A stretch of 64,000 bases of DNA from Nitrosarchaeum sp. (lineage in GTDB: Archaea > Thermoproteota > Nitrososphaeria > Nitrososphaerales > Nitrosopumilaceae), in the NCBI GenBank assembly GCA_965223865.1, contig OZ245020.1:512001-576000 (forward strand), read 5' to 3'. The first letter of the stretch is position 1. Each line of letters opens with the position of its first letter. Positions 18,947-28,950 of this stretch are shown in pieces. A program made the translations under genes and the position numbers. Under the pieces are notes generated by a model, which worked only from the letters and a program-made list of their open reading frames with translations, did no database searches and was not told the DNA's origin.

Positions 18947-19397
18947 GTTTTCTGCTATTACAATTAAAGTTTGAACATTGTTTTGTCCATTTTTGATTTT
19001 TGGAATATCTAAAAATAACAATTGGCCAACTACAAACATTACAAGCTTTCTTTGTTGCCCGAAGCTTGGCTTTCTGTAAAAGTGGAGATGAAGCTTTACA
19101 TCCACCGTAAAAATTCGAGCACCCAATGAAACGTTTTCTTGTTGCTCTGGATCTGATTATCATTAATTGTCCTAATTTACATTCAGGACATTCAACAAGT
19201 CCTTTCTTTGGAGAATTTGTTCCCAAAATCATATACTTTTTGTCTTTTGATGACCACGAAAGAAATCCATTGGCATCTAGATACTGTGTGATCTCTTTCT
19301 TGAAAACATTGGTCTTTGACTTTGTATTTTTTACAACATGTCTGTTTGTTTTCTTTTTGACTTGAATTGTCTGAAGTTGAGTCTTTTTTAGCAACAT
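18930..19397 (-). CDS. stand-alone topoisomerase I C4 zinc-finger domain protein
   Basis: CPECK..L..R....FIGCSNFYGGC; second CxxC/CSNFNC module. Confidence 0.82.
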   Translation of the reverse strand: MLLKKTQLQTIQVKKKTNRHVVKNTKSKTNVFKKEITQYLDANGFLSWSSKDKKYMILGTNSPKKGLVECPECKLGQLMIIRSRATRKRFIGCSNFYGGCKASSPLLQKAKLRATKKACNVCSWPIVIFRYSKNQKWTKQCSNFNCNSRKPKSSK

Positions 19398-19452
19398 TTC
19401 CTATGATGAATTTACTAAAACGATTTTTATAGGGATTAAGTCATGGAGATTT

Positions 19453-20607
19453 GTGGAAAAGGTTTGTGTTCTTGGTGCCGGTAGCACGAAATATGGAAAA
19501 TTACCTGATAGCATTGCAGATATCACTACTCAGGCGTCAGTTTCAGCAATAGAAAGCGCAGGAATTGACCCAAAAGAAGTCAAAGCATCCTATATTTCTA
19601 ATGTATTTGGAGTTGCTGATAAACAGGTACATATCGGACCTGTTTTAATGAGTAGGCTGGGAATTCCAGATAAACCATCTTTAACAATAGAATCTGCCTG
19701 TGGAAGCGGCTCAGTATCATTTAGAGAAGCTTATGCAAATGTTGCGGCAGGATTTTATGATTGTCTACTTGTAACTGGAGTTGAAAAAGTAACTCATACT
19801 GGAACCGAATGGACAACAACATACTTTGCATATTGTTCAGACTTTTTCTACGAAGGTCAAGCTGGTGCATCATTTCCTGGATTGTTTGCATCGATGGCAA
19901 GAGCTTACTTAACAGAGTTTGATGCAACTGAAGAAGACTTTGCAAGAGTTGCAGTAAAAAATCATGACAATGGCGTACTAAATCCAAAAGCTCACATGCA
20001 GAAGAAAATTACAGTTGATGATGTAATGAATTCTGCAGTTGTTGCTAGTCCTCTAAAACTTTATGATTGCTGTCCATTTTCAGATGGTGCAAGTTCTGTA
20101 ATATTGTGTTCAGAAAAGTTTGCAAAAGAACACGGTGGAGATTATGTTGAAGTAATTGGTTCAGGTAGGGGTGGTTCACCAGCTGCATTACAAGGTCGTG
20201 AACATATGACTACAATTCCAAGTACAAAGATTGCAGCTGAATCTGCATACAAGATGGCAGGAATTACTCCAAAAGATGTTGACTTTGCAGAAGTACATGA
20301 CTGCTTTACAATTGCAGAAGTTGTAGATACAGAGGACTTGGGATTCTTTGAAAAAGGAAAAGGTATAGAAGCTGTTCGTGAAGGTAAAACAAAATTAAAT
20401 TCTGACATTTCAATAAATCCATCAGGAGGTTTAAAATCAAAAGGACATCCAATCGGAGCTACAGGTGTAGGTCAAGTAGTAGAAGTATTCGATCAACTAA
20501 CTGGTAAAGCTGGTGAAAGAACTGTTAAAGATGCAAAGATTGGTTTAACCCATAACTTTGGTGCAACTGGAGCAAGTTGCGCTGTTCATGTATTCCAGAG
20601 TGTATAA
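19453..20607 (+). CDS. acetyl-CoA acetyltransferase (archaeal thiolase)
   Basis: ESACGSG, AEVHDCF, KGHPIGATG. Confidence 0.93.
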   Translation: MEKVCVLGAGSTKYGKLPDSIADITTQASVSAIESAGIDPKEVKASYISNVFGVADKQVHIGPVLMSRLGIPDKPSLTIESACGSGSVSFREAYANVAAGFYDCLLVTGVEKVTHTGTEWTTTYFAYCSDFFYEGQAGASFPGLFASMARAYLTEFDATEEDFARVAVKNHDNGVLNPKAHMQKKITVDDVMNSAVVASPLKLYDCCPFSDGASSVILCSEKFAKEHGGDYVEVIGSGRGGSPAALQGREHMTTIPSTKIAAESAYKMAGITPKDVDFAEVHDCFTIAEVVDTEDLGFFEKGKGIEAVREGKTKLNSDISINPSGGLKSKGHPIGATGVGQVVEVFDQLTGKAGERTVKDAKIGLTHNFGATGASCAVHVFQSV

Positions 20608-20608
20608 A

Positions 20609-20974
20609 ATGTCTATTGAAGAGCAATTGATTGAAATTGCTAAGCAAGGTAAACTCCTAACTCACAAATGTACTAACTGTGGTTATCTACATTTATCTAC
20701 TGCCTATTATTGTCTAAAATGTGGTAGTAAGGGATTTGAGGATGTCATTTTAGAGGGTACAGGTACTGTTGCTACTTATACCATAATTACCGTCGCTCCT
20801 GCAGGCTTTGAAAAATACACACCTTATGCCTTTGTAGTACTCAAATTAGATAATTCAGACCTTAGAATTTCAGGATTTATGGGAGGAATTTCCACTCCTG
20901 CAGATCTTCCAGTTGGAACAAGGGCAAAAATCACCGGTTTTGATGAACGCGGTATCCTAATGGAAAAGCAGTAA
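20609..20974 (+). CDS. DUF35 Zn-ribbon/OB-fold thiolase partner
   Basis: CTNCG...CLKCG, GTVATYT; directly follows thiolase. Confidence 0.88.
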   Translation: MSIEEQLIEIAKQGKLLTHKCTNCGYLHLSTAYYCLKCGSKGFEDVILEGTGTVATYTIITVAPAGFEKYTPYAFVVLKLDNSDLRISGFMGGISTPADLPVGTRAKITGFDERGILMEKQ

Positions 20975-21044
20975 AATTATTTGTTTGAATTATTAAAAAA
21001 ATTCTGAATCGATTCTTAATTATTTTGAAAATTTGATTATTTTC

Positions 21045-21206
21045 ATGTCTGTTGAAGTAACATGTGGAAAGTGTGGAGAAAAGATCACAAACATGAAGAT
21101 GCTAAAATCATTAAAAGATGTAATGAATCCCTATAGTGGAAAATGTCCATCCTGTGGACAGAAGTTATCAAATACTGAATTTTCTCTTGATGTCCAAGAA
21201 AACTGA
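21045..21206 (+). CDS. small Zn-ribbon protein (53 aa, not in ORF track)
   Basis: MSVEVTCGKCG...KCPSCGQKL. Confidence 0.8.
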   Translation: MSVEVTCGKCGEKITNMKMLKSLKDVMNPYSGKCPSCGQKLSNTEFSLDVQEN

Positions 21207-21357
21207 TCTAAATACTTTTCCTATTTGATTACTATAAACTTCAAATGTTATACAAAAATTTTGATTGAAACCAAAACTGATCTAAATACTTTTCCTATTT
21301 GATTACTATAAACTTCAAATGTTATACAAAAATTTTGATTGAAACCAAAACTGATCT
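21199..21357. repeat. 74-bp perfect tandem duplication (2.1 copies)
   Basis: aaaactgatct starts at 21199, 21273 and 21347; intervening sequence identical. Confidence 0.92.
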
Positions 21358-21499
21358 TAAAGTTTTCTTTTTTGATCTTTGAGAATATAAAATATATTAA
21401 AAAATTTTTGAAATTTTGTTTTCTGATCTAAAACTGATCAAAATTCTACTAATATGATCTAGTCACAAATCTTATTTAGTCCTAATTTTTAGCAAAAGC

Positions 21500-23590
21500 A
21501 TGGTATTGAGTGAAGTAACAGAACCAAAGAGAAGTGGAATTCTCCAATCAACATCAAAACGTGTTAGAATGATCTTTTCTGTAATGGCAAGTCCTAACAG
21601 AATAGATATTTTGAGAATATTAAATTCCAAAGGACCTTTGACTTATTCAGAATTAAAATCCCTAGCTGGATTCAAATCAAAAAAAGAGAGTGGTAAATTT
21701 GCCTATCACTTAAGAAAACTATTGAGACAATCTCTTGTTGCCCTAAACAAGTCTGAAAGAAGATACACAATCACAAATCTTGGAAAACTTGTTTTAAGCT
21801 TGGCAAGACAGATTGAAGAAAGATCAATTATTGAAAGCGGAAAAATGTATGTCCGAACTTCACATGAATCAATTGAAGAATTTAATTCTCATAAGATCAT
21901 ACAATCACTTGTCAGAGAAGGAAGTCTTCCATTAGAATTAGCACAAAAAATTACTGAAGAAGTTGAAAATAGAATTTACAAATATCAGACTACCTATCTT
22001 ACAGGCTCACTTATTAGAGAAATGGTCAATTCTGTGCTACTAGAGCATGGTCATGAGGAATATCGTAACAAATTGGCACGCCTAGGCCTGCCTGTTTATG
22101 ATGTTCAAGAGATGCTGACAAATCTAGATAATGTTGATAATGGAGCAGAATGTCTGCTTTTCAATACTGGTCAAAGAGTATTCGCTGAACATCTTCTTAC
22201 AAACATATTGCCAAAAGATGTTGCAGATTCTCATCTTTCAGGAGATTTACATATTACAAATCCAGGAATTTGGTCAATGATTCCTGATACGATATTTGTT
22301 AATGTTAAAGAATTAATTGATGACGGAATTGATCTTGGAGGAAAATATCTTGATGTATCAAGAATTCCCACATCAAAATCACTTGATGAAATTACTTCTT
22401 CACTATCTGTTATTATTTCTCTTCTTTCAAAAGAAGCATCACAAGAGATCGTACTAGAAGGAATTACTCAATTATTTACGAAACATTCAAAAAATCTTGA
22501 AGAACTAGAACAAAAACTTACAAACACATTTGCTACTGCTTCTACAACATCAAAATATAGCAAAGAAAGTACTCATGTTTCAATTAGATTACAACTAGGC
22601 TCCGATACAAAGATCATTAATGCAATTATTAATGCATACAAAAATTACACAAAGATTACACCAAACCCAAAGATTGGTTTGATCATTGATTATGAAAAAG
22701 GAAAAATCTTTGATGTATCAGAAGTACTTGCTGAAATCATCTCAATTGGTGGTAAAGTAATGTTTGCTAAAGGACAAGTATCAAGTCATGGTATAACAAA
22801 TCCTACAACAAAGAGCTCTGGCCCCTTATCAATAACATTACAATCAGTTTCAATTAATCTTCCAAGACTTGCATTTGAATCTAACAAAGATGAAACATAC
22901 TTTAGAGCAAGACTCGCACTATTAATGAAACCAGCATTAGCATCAATGGCATTAAGAAAGAAAGAGATATCTGACCTTACTAGAAGAGGACTCAATCCAA
23001 TACTTGCAAAGAATACTCAATTTATGCAAAGAAGTTCAATGTCACTAAATGTTAATCTCGTTGGTCTAAAAGAAGCTGTATACAATATTCTTGGTTTTCA
23101 AGATAACAAAGAAGGAAAAGAAATTCTTCACAAGGTAATTGAGACTGCAGTAGATGTTGGTGCTAAAAAGGGCAAAGAGATTGGAGATCCTGTAGCCATA
23201 TCCATGACTGAAACTGAAGGCTCTGTGAGGTTTGCCAGTCTTGACGGTGAGAAATACGGCAAGAATTCTGCCCTCAACTCTATGGAAGGCGACTCTTATT
23301 CACAAGGTATAGTAATTAATGCCTCTGAAATAGCCGAATTTACGAACAAAAGTGAGCCTATTGCTGAATGTAACAAATTATCTAAACTGCTTAATGGTGG
23401 TTTACTTGTTACCTTACAAATAGACAAGGATGTCAAATCTGCTGATATCAAAAAATTTATTGAAAAGGCATCAGAGATAACAAATTCATTCCAACCTAAA
23501 AAACATGTGGCAATTTGTGGTGAGTGTGGTTTCAAAGATGAACCATTTGAAGACAAATGTCCAAAGTGTAAATCACCTTACGTTGTCTGA
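21500..23590 (+). CDS. wHTH + ATP-cone + NrdD-like (class III RNR) domain protein lacking the glycyl-radical loop; putative regulator
   Basis: ASPNRIDILRIL..YHLRKL HTH; VRTS..EEFNSHKIIQSL ATP cone; HLSGDLHI, SINLPRLA, VGLKEA, RFA..D.EKYG, NGG, CGECG..CPKC then stop. Confidence 0.8.
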   Translation: MVLSEVTEPKRSGILQSTSKRVRMIFSVMASPNRIDILRILNSKGPLTYSELKSLAGFKSKKESGKFAYHLRKLLRQSLVALNKSERRYTITNLGKLVLSLARQIEERSIIESGKMYVRTSHESIEEFNSHKIIQSLVREGSLPLELAQKITEEVENRIYKYQTTYLTGSLIREMVNSVLLEHGHEEYRNKLARLGLPVYDVQEMLTNLDNVDNGAECLLFNTGQRVFAEHLLTNILPKDVADSHLSGDLHITNPGIWSMIPDTIFVNVKELIDDGIDLGGKYLDVSRIPTSKSLDEITSSLSVIISLLSKEASQEIVLEGITQLFTKHSKNLEELEQKLTNTFATASTTSKYSKESTHVSIRLQLGSDTKIINAIINAYKNYTKITPNPKIGLIIDYEKGKIFDVSEVLAEIISIGGKVMFAKGQVSSHGITNPTTKSSGPLSITLQSVSINLPRLAFESNKDETYFRARLALLMKPALASMALRKKEISDLTRRGLNPILAKNTQFMQRSSMSLNVNLVGLKEAVYNILGFQDNKEGKEILHKVIETAVDVGAKKGKEIGDPVAISMTETEGSVRFASLDGEKYGKNSALNSMEGDSYSQGIVINASEIAEFTNKSEPIAECNKLSKLLNGGLLVTLQIDKDVKSADIKKFIEKASEITNSFQPKKHVAICGECGFKDEPFEDKCPKCKSPYVV

Positions 23591-23804
23591 AATCCGTAAA
23601 TGAAAAACTTGTTCCGATCTTTTCAGAAAAGATTTTGATCCTTTTCAGATGTCCGATCATCGTTATTTATTAACAAAGTTATGCCATTATGAAATTCATA
23701 GTAGCGGTGTAAAAAATATTGACTCATGAACGCGACAAGATCAAAATTTTTCGAGCACACAAGTTATATCCACATTCATCATATGCCTTGCGGGGAGATT
23801 ATAA

Positions 23805-26456
23805 TTGGATAATTCACAAATAGAAAATACTATCAATGAGATCCGTAAGCGCAGTGGCGCAGTAACGGCTTTCAATAAAGATAAAATTTCAAATGCCATT
23901 TACAGGGCATTGGCAGCCACCTCTAAAGCCGATCGTGGCCTGGCTGATCAACTCGCAGCAAAAGTTGTTGATAAATTAGTAGAACAAGGATTTACAAGCT
24001 CGCGAACACCTAGTGTTGAAGATATTCAAGATATTGTAGAATCAACTTTAATCGATAGCGGTAACAGCGATATCGCAAAAGCATACATCGTCTATAGACA
24101 TGAAAGAAGAAAATTAAGAGATGAAAAAATGAAAATCTTAAACGCAAAGAATCTAGATCCAGTATCCAAGAAATTTGATCTAAACTGCTTGAGAGTATTA
24201 GCATCTAGATATCTTTTCAGAAATGGAAAAAATGAGATCATTGAGACACCGACTGAAATGTTTGAAAGAGTGGCAATTTTAGTTGGTATAGGTGACCTAT
24301 TGTATGATGCTCAATTATTTGACAAGTCAGGGAACATTACTCAAAACATCGATGAAGCAACAACATACCTTGAAAAACTAGACAACTTTAATTACAAATT
24401 CAAAATTGGCAACTACTTTCTAAACAAGTGGCATTTCCGATCCTTGATCAATCATTATGTTACTCTTGCTAGCAAGGGTCAGATGAAAATGAGTTTCAAA
24501 GATCTCTTGACAATGATTGCAGCCAAGAAATTCGATAATTACGAAGATAAAATTACCGAATACTTTGATCTGATGACCTCTCAAGATTTCCTGCCAAACT
24601 CACCAACAATGATGAATGCTGGTGGAAGACTAGGTCAGCTTTCTGCATGTTTTGTACTTGGAATGGAAGATGGAATGGAAGAGATCATGAAATCAACCTC
24701 TGATGCAGCTCTGATCTTCAAATCAGGAGGTGGAGTCGGAATTAATTACTCCGATCTACGTGAAGAGGGTGATATCGTAGCATCAACATCGGGCGTTGCA
24801 TCAGGACCAGTGTCTTTCATGAATATTATCAACACTGTTACTGAAGTTGTCAAACAAGGTGGTAAGAGAAGAGGAGCCAATATGGGCATTATTGAGGCAT
24901 GGCATCCCGACGTTGAAAAGTTCATTACAAACAAAACTGAACCCGGTGTTCTTGAGAACTTTAATGTTAGTGTTGGAGTTTGGGAAGACTTTTGGCATGC
25001 ACTTGTAAACACTGATGACGGTAAGTACATTCTTAGAAGTCCACGTGATAAAAAACCTGTTAGAGAAATTAATGCACACCAACTAATTGATTTGATTGCA
25101 TTATCTGCATGGAAAAGTGCAGAACCTGGATTGATCTTCTTTGATCAAATTAACAAATACAATGTGTTTGCAAAAGCAAGACAAAATCCACTAAGAGCAA
25201 CAAATCCATGTGGAGAACAAAGTCTCTATCCATACGAATCATGTAATCTTGGTTCTATCAACTTGGTAAATCTTGTAAAAAGAAAAGCTGATGGAGAATA
25301 CGAATTTGATTGGCAGAGATATGAAGAAACAATTAGAAAGACCACAAGATTCCTAGATAACATTATTGATGTAAATCATTATCCAGTACCAGAAATTAAT
25401 GTAGCATCAAAAGAATCAAGAAGAATTGGATTAGGTGTAATGGGGGTTGCAGATTTACTATACAAACTACGAATTCCATACAACTCTAAAGAAGGATATG
25501 ATCTACAATCAAAATTATCTGAAGCACTAACATACTATTCCATGGAAGAAAGTGTTGCCCTTGCAAAATCTCGTGGTGAATTCCCACTATGTTCCAAGAC
25601 AGAATATCCTGAAGGAAAGATCCCTGTTGCAGGTTATTATGAAAAGCCAAAAGAACTACACTCCTACGAATGGGATGCACTAATTGAAAAAATCAAGAAA
25701 CATGGAATTAGAAATGTTCTGACAACAACTGTTGCTCCAACAGGTACACTGTCTATGATTGCAGATTGTTCAAATGGAATGGAACCTGCATTTGCTTTAG
25801 TGTTTGAAAAGAGAGTTACTGTTGGAAGATTTTTCTATACTAACAAAATCATTGAAGAAGTCCTTAAAGAAAATGGTCTATACACAGATGAAATATTAGC
25901 CAAAATTGCAGACAATTATGGTTCTCTTAAAGGAATTCCTGAAATTCCAGAATGGATGCAAAAAGTCTTTGTAACTGCAATGGATATTCATTGGGCAGAT
26001 CATCTCATAGCACAATCTGTATGGCAAGATTGGATTGGAAATGCAATAGCCAAGACCATTAACATGCCTTATGATGTTACTGCAGAAGATGTAAAATCTG
26101 CATATCTATTGGCTCATGAACTAGGTCTAAAAGGAATTACAGTATATCGTGATGGCTCGAGACACAAACAAGTACTCCACATGACAAGTGAAAATGCAGA
26201 AAAAACATTTGATGTAACGCCAAGTCAATACGTTACAGATTATGTTACCACAAAAATAACAAATCCATATATCAAATCCCAAGTTAATGCTGCACTTGCA
26301 TTAAAAATTCATGATGAGGAAATCAAATCAGAATCTCATCAAACTGAAGAAATCTCTGAAGAACGCTTATGTCCAACATGCAAAAACAATCTTGTCTTTG
26401 TAGAAGGTTGCAGTATTTGCATTGAATGTGGATTTAGTGGTTGTACTTCAGGATAG
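23805..26456 (+). CDS. nrdJ: adenosylcobalamin-dependent class II ribonucleotide reductase with N-terminal ATP cone
   Basis: PNSPTMMNAG, LSACFV, TNPCGEQ, CNLGSINL, APTGT, C-terminal CPTC..CIECG. Confidence 0.95.
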   Translation: MDNSQIENTINEIRKRSGAVTAFNKDKISNAIYRALAATSKADRGLADQLAAKVVDKLVEQGFTSSRTPSVEDIQDIVESTLIDSGNSDIAKAYIVYRHERRKLRDEKMKILNAKNLDPVSKKFDLNCLRVLASRYLFRNGKNEIIETPTEMFERVAILVGIGDLLYDAQLFDKSGNITQNIDEATTYLEKLDNFNYKFKIGNYFLNKWHFRSLINHYVTLASKGQMKMSFKDLLTMIAAKKFDNYEDKITEYFDLMTSQDFLPNSPTMMNAGGRLGQLSACFVLGMEDGMEEIMKSTSDAALIFKSGGGVGINYSDLREEGDIVASTSGVASGPVSFMNIINTVTEVVKQGGKRRGANMGIIEAWHPDVEKFITNKTEPGVLENFNVSVGVWEDFWHALVNTDDGKYILRSPRDKKPVREINAHQLIDLIALSAWKSAEPGLIFFDQINKYNVFAKARQNPLRATNPCGEQSLYPYESCNLGSINLVNLVKRKADGEYEFDWQRYEETIRKTTRFLDNIIDVNHYPVPEINVASKESRRIGLGVMGVADLLYKLRIPYNSKEGYDLQSKLSEALTYYSMEESVALAKSRGEFPLCSKTEYPEGKIPVAGYYEKPKELHSYEWDALIEKIKKHGIRNVLTTTVAPTGTLSMIADCSNGMEPAFALVFEKRVTVGRFFYTNKIIEEVLKENGLYTDEILAKIADNYGSLKGIPEIPEWMQKVFVTAMDIHWADHLIAQSVWQDWIGNAIAKTINMPYDVTAEDVKSAYLLAHELGLKGITVYRDGSRHKQVLHMTSENAEKTFDVTPSQYVTDYVTTKITNPYIKSQVNAALALKIHDEEIKSESHQTEEISEERLCPTCKNNLVFVEGCSICIECGFSGCTSG

Positions 26457-26494
26457 AAAATTGCATTCGAAAATTTGAGTTATCACGTATACTT

Positions 26495-26584
26495 GATAAC
26501 CGGTAGGCGGTTAAGATCTGCGAGTTAAGGATTGGTAATCCGGTTGCAGGTTAATCCAAGCCAAAGGAGCCACCTACCATTATC
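26495..26584. ncRNA. candidate structured RNA
   Basis: GC-rich island in an intergenic gap; nested stems ggtaggcgg/ccacctacc, atctgcga/ttgcaggt, ggatt/aatcc. Confidence 0.4.
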
Positions 26585-26686
26585 TTGATTACAAATCTTA
26601 CAATTTACTTCAATAAAGGTACTGTGCATATTTTTCGATCACTATAATCATAACTTTTTTAGACCAACCATTCAGTCTGAGTTCAT

Positions 26687-27805
26687 ATGGATAAAAAGAT
26701 CCTAGGTATTGGTACAGGAATTGCAATAATAATTGCAATAATTGCTATAACCATGAGTACTCCAGCATCAGAACCAATAACAACTCAAACTAATGAAAAA
26801 ATTGGTCTGGTAATCAATCCACCAAATCAATCTGTATCATTACAACAAATTGATGAAATTTTTTCAGAGGCAGCATCAACTGGTATAGGAAGAAGTAATG
26901 CCTACCTCTTTTGGAATATTATGGAACCACAAAAGGGAAAATTTGATTGGAGTCAATCTGATGTTATTATGGGATTAAATGAAAAAAATAATCTCAAAGT
27001 TACACTTTACTTTTCAATAATTAACGGAGATACTCTAGGTCCATTTCCAGATTGGATTGGAAAACCATCTATTAACGCAATAAGTGAAGATAGTCTTGTA
27101 AATGTTCTTGATGCAATTCTTATGAGATATCATATTGTTGACACAGTAATCATTGCAGGTGAGACAGAATCTCAATTTCGTTACTATGAACAAAACATTC
27201 CAGTATACAAGGAGCTATTTTCTAGAGTTTATGAGAAACTAAAACAAAAATATCCTGATGTAAAATTTGGAAATTCTTTTGCATTACATCATGTAGTAAA
27301 CAAAAATTTACAGCATATTGTCACTGATTTGGCAATAGGTGATTTTGTGGCATTTTCGTATTCTCCTGTAGATAGTCTAAATGAGATTGTAAAAACCTCT
27401 CAAGAAGCAAAAAAAGATCTGAACAAAATATTTGAATTGTCTCCAAACAAAAAAGTAGGATTTTTTGAGATTAGTTGGAGCACGTCAGATTTTGTGAATG
27501 GAACTCCTGAATCTCAGAAAGATTTCCTAGAAAAATCATTTGAATTTTACTCTGAAAATGAATCAGAGATAGAATTTTTTACATGGTATAGACAATATGA
27601 CAGACCAGAAGGAACATGTGTTACTGAACAACAAGATGTTGGTGGTACTAGTATTAGTGTTGGAGGAGGTTCTGGTTTGGGTAGCAGCGAATATGTTATT
27701 GAAAGATTAAACTACTACGTTTGCAATGCTGGTATGATTGATGTTAATGGAAATCAAAAACCTGGATGGAATGAATTTAAAAATCAAATAGAAATGATCA
27801 ACTAA
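26687..27805 (+). CDS. membrane-anchored glycoside-hydrolase-like TIM-barrel protein
   Basis: N-terminal TM; WNIMEPQKGKFDWS, DFVAFSYSP, FFEISWS. Confidence 0.6.
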   Translation: MDKKILGIGTGIAIIIAIIAITMSTPASEPITTQTNEKIGLVINPPNQSVSLQQIDEIFSEAASTGIGRSNAYLFWNIMEPQKGKFDWSQSDVIMGLNEKNNLKVTLYFSIINGDTLGPFPDWIGKPSINAISEDSLVNVLDAILMRYHIVDTVIIAGETESQFRYYEQNIPVYKELFSRVYEKLKQKYPDVKFGNSFALHHVVNKNLQHIVTDLAIGDFVAFSYSPVDSLNEIVKTSQEAKKDLNKIFELSPNKKVGFFEISWSTSDFVNGTPESQKDFLEKSFEFYSENESEIEFFTWYRQYDRPEGTCVTEQQDVGGTSISVGGGSGLGSSEYVIERLNYYVCNAGMIDVNGNQKPGWNEFKNQIEMIN

Positions 27806-27806
27806 A

Positions 27807-28475
27807 ATGATTTCTCTAATCCTTGCAGAATCTTCCTTAGAGCTAGTGCCTGAAGAATTGGAATCTCGTCCTTCAGTAATTTCACATGCACAAAAACTTG
27901 GCAAGAAATCCTCTGAAATCTTACTTGATAATTCTTGGCACTTTGCAGCAATGAAAGGAATAAAAAATGAAATCAAACGAGGAAGACCTGATCTTGTTCA
28001 TTTTTCTATCTTAGAAGCAACGACAATTCCTCTATACTTCCAGAAAAGAATCAAAGTTTTCATCCATACAATTAATGATAAAGTAATTGAAATTGGTGAA
28101 AATGTCTACATTCCCAAATCATATCATAGATTTGCAGGTTTGTTTGAAAAATTATTTTCTGAAAAAATCATCAAAGTAGATAATCAAGAGCTATTATCAA
28201 TAAAAGATCAATCATTTTCAGAGTTAATTGATAAAATAAATCCCTCACAAATTATTGGATTGTCAACTACAGGAAAACCAAGTACATTTGAAAAAGTTAG
28301 TACCAATCTAACAGATAAATCATGTATTGTGGTAGGTGGATTTCAAAAAGGGCATTTTTCTGATTCAATCAAAAACAAATTTTCTCATGTATTTTCTGTT
28401 GGAGATATATCTTTAGAAGCACATGTGGTAGTAGCTAGAATGCTTTACGAGTATGAAAAAACCATTTTTATGTAG
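27807..28475 (+). CDS. nep1: 16S rRNA pseudouridine N1-methyltransferase Nep1/EMG1
   Basis: LAESSLELVP, RGRPDLVH, PKSYHRF, VGGFQKGHF. Confidence 0.9.
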   Translation: MISLILAESSLELVPEELESRPSVISHAQKLGKKSSEILLDNSWHFAAMKGIKNEIKRGRPDLVHFSILEATTIPLYFQKRIKVFIHTINDKVIEIGENVYIPKSYHRFAGLFEKLFSEKIIKVDNQELLSIKDQSFSELIDKINPSQIIGLSTTGKPSTFEKVSTNLTDKSCIVVGGFQKGHFSDSIKNKFSHVFSVGDISLEAHVVVARMLYEYEKTIFM

Positions 28476-28497
28476 GAAAAAAAATTTGATTTTTTGT

Positions 28498-28571
28498 GCA
28501 GTCATAGTATAGCCTGGTTAGTATTCGGGGTTTCCAACCCTGTGACGCGGGTTCGAATCCCGCTGACTGCA
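28498..28571 (+). tRNA. tRNA-Gly(TCC)
   Basis: acceptor GCAGTCA/TGACTGC, D-loop AGCCTGGTTA, anticodon loop TTTCCAA, T-loop GTTCGAATC. Confidence 0.95.
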
Positions 28572-28616
28572 TATCTTAAAGATAACCAATTTTTAGGTGT
28601 AAATTGAATAATTACC

Positions 28617-28919
28617 ATGAAACCCGCAATTAGAGCAATTGCACTTGAAAGAATGCAAATTCTAATTGACAATGCAATTTCTAATGTAATAACAAATCCA
28701 AAACTTTCTCAACGTCAAGCTTTACTTGCTCGCAAGATTAGCATGAGACACAAGATCCAAATGCCCTATGATCTTAGAATGGTTTTCTGTAAAAAATGTA
28801 AATCATTTATCGCTCCAGGAATAAATTCAAAAATTCGTCTAGGACGAACATCAATTAAGTCGATCAGAATTTCCTGTAACTTATGTGGCCATACCTATCG
28901 GAAAATAATATCTCAATGA
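28617..28919 (+). CDS. rnp4: RNase P protein subunit Rpp21
   Basis: IALERMQIL, CKKC..PG, CNLCG. Confidence 0.88.
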   Translation: MKPAIRAIALERMQILIDNAISNVITNPKLSQRQALLARKISMRHKIQMPYDLRMVFCKKCKSFIAPGINSKIRLGRTSIKSIRISCNLCGHTYRKIISQ

Positions 28920-28950
28920 TTTATAAGACGATTATCGATTTTTTTTCTTC

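Noticed and set aside
21500-23590. Functional anaerobic RNR nrdD
   Set aside because: No glycyl-radical loop, no finger-loop Cys, and no nrdG in the window
23764-23774. DnaA-box-like ttatatccaca
   Set aside because: Single imperfect copy in an archaeon; better explained as the nrdJ TATA box
23805-26456. Intein in NrdJ, or a cobalamin riboswitch upstream
   Set aside because: Catalytic motifs are contiguous with no intein termini; no riboswitch consensus was recognisable in 23591-23804
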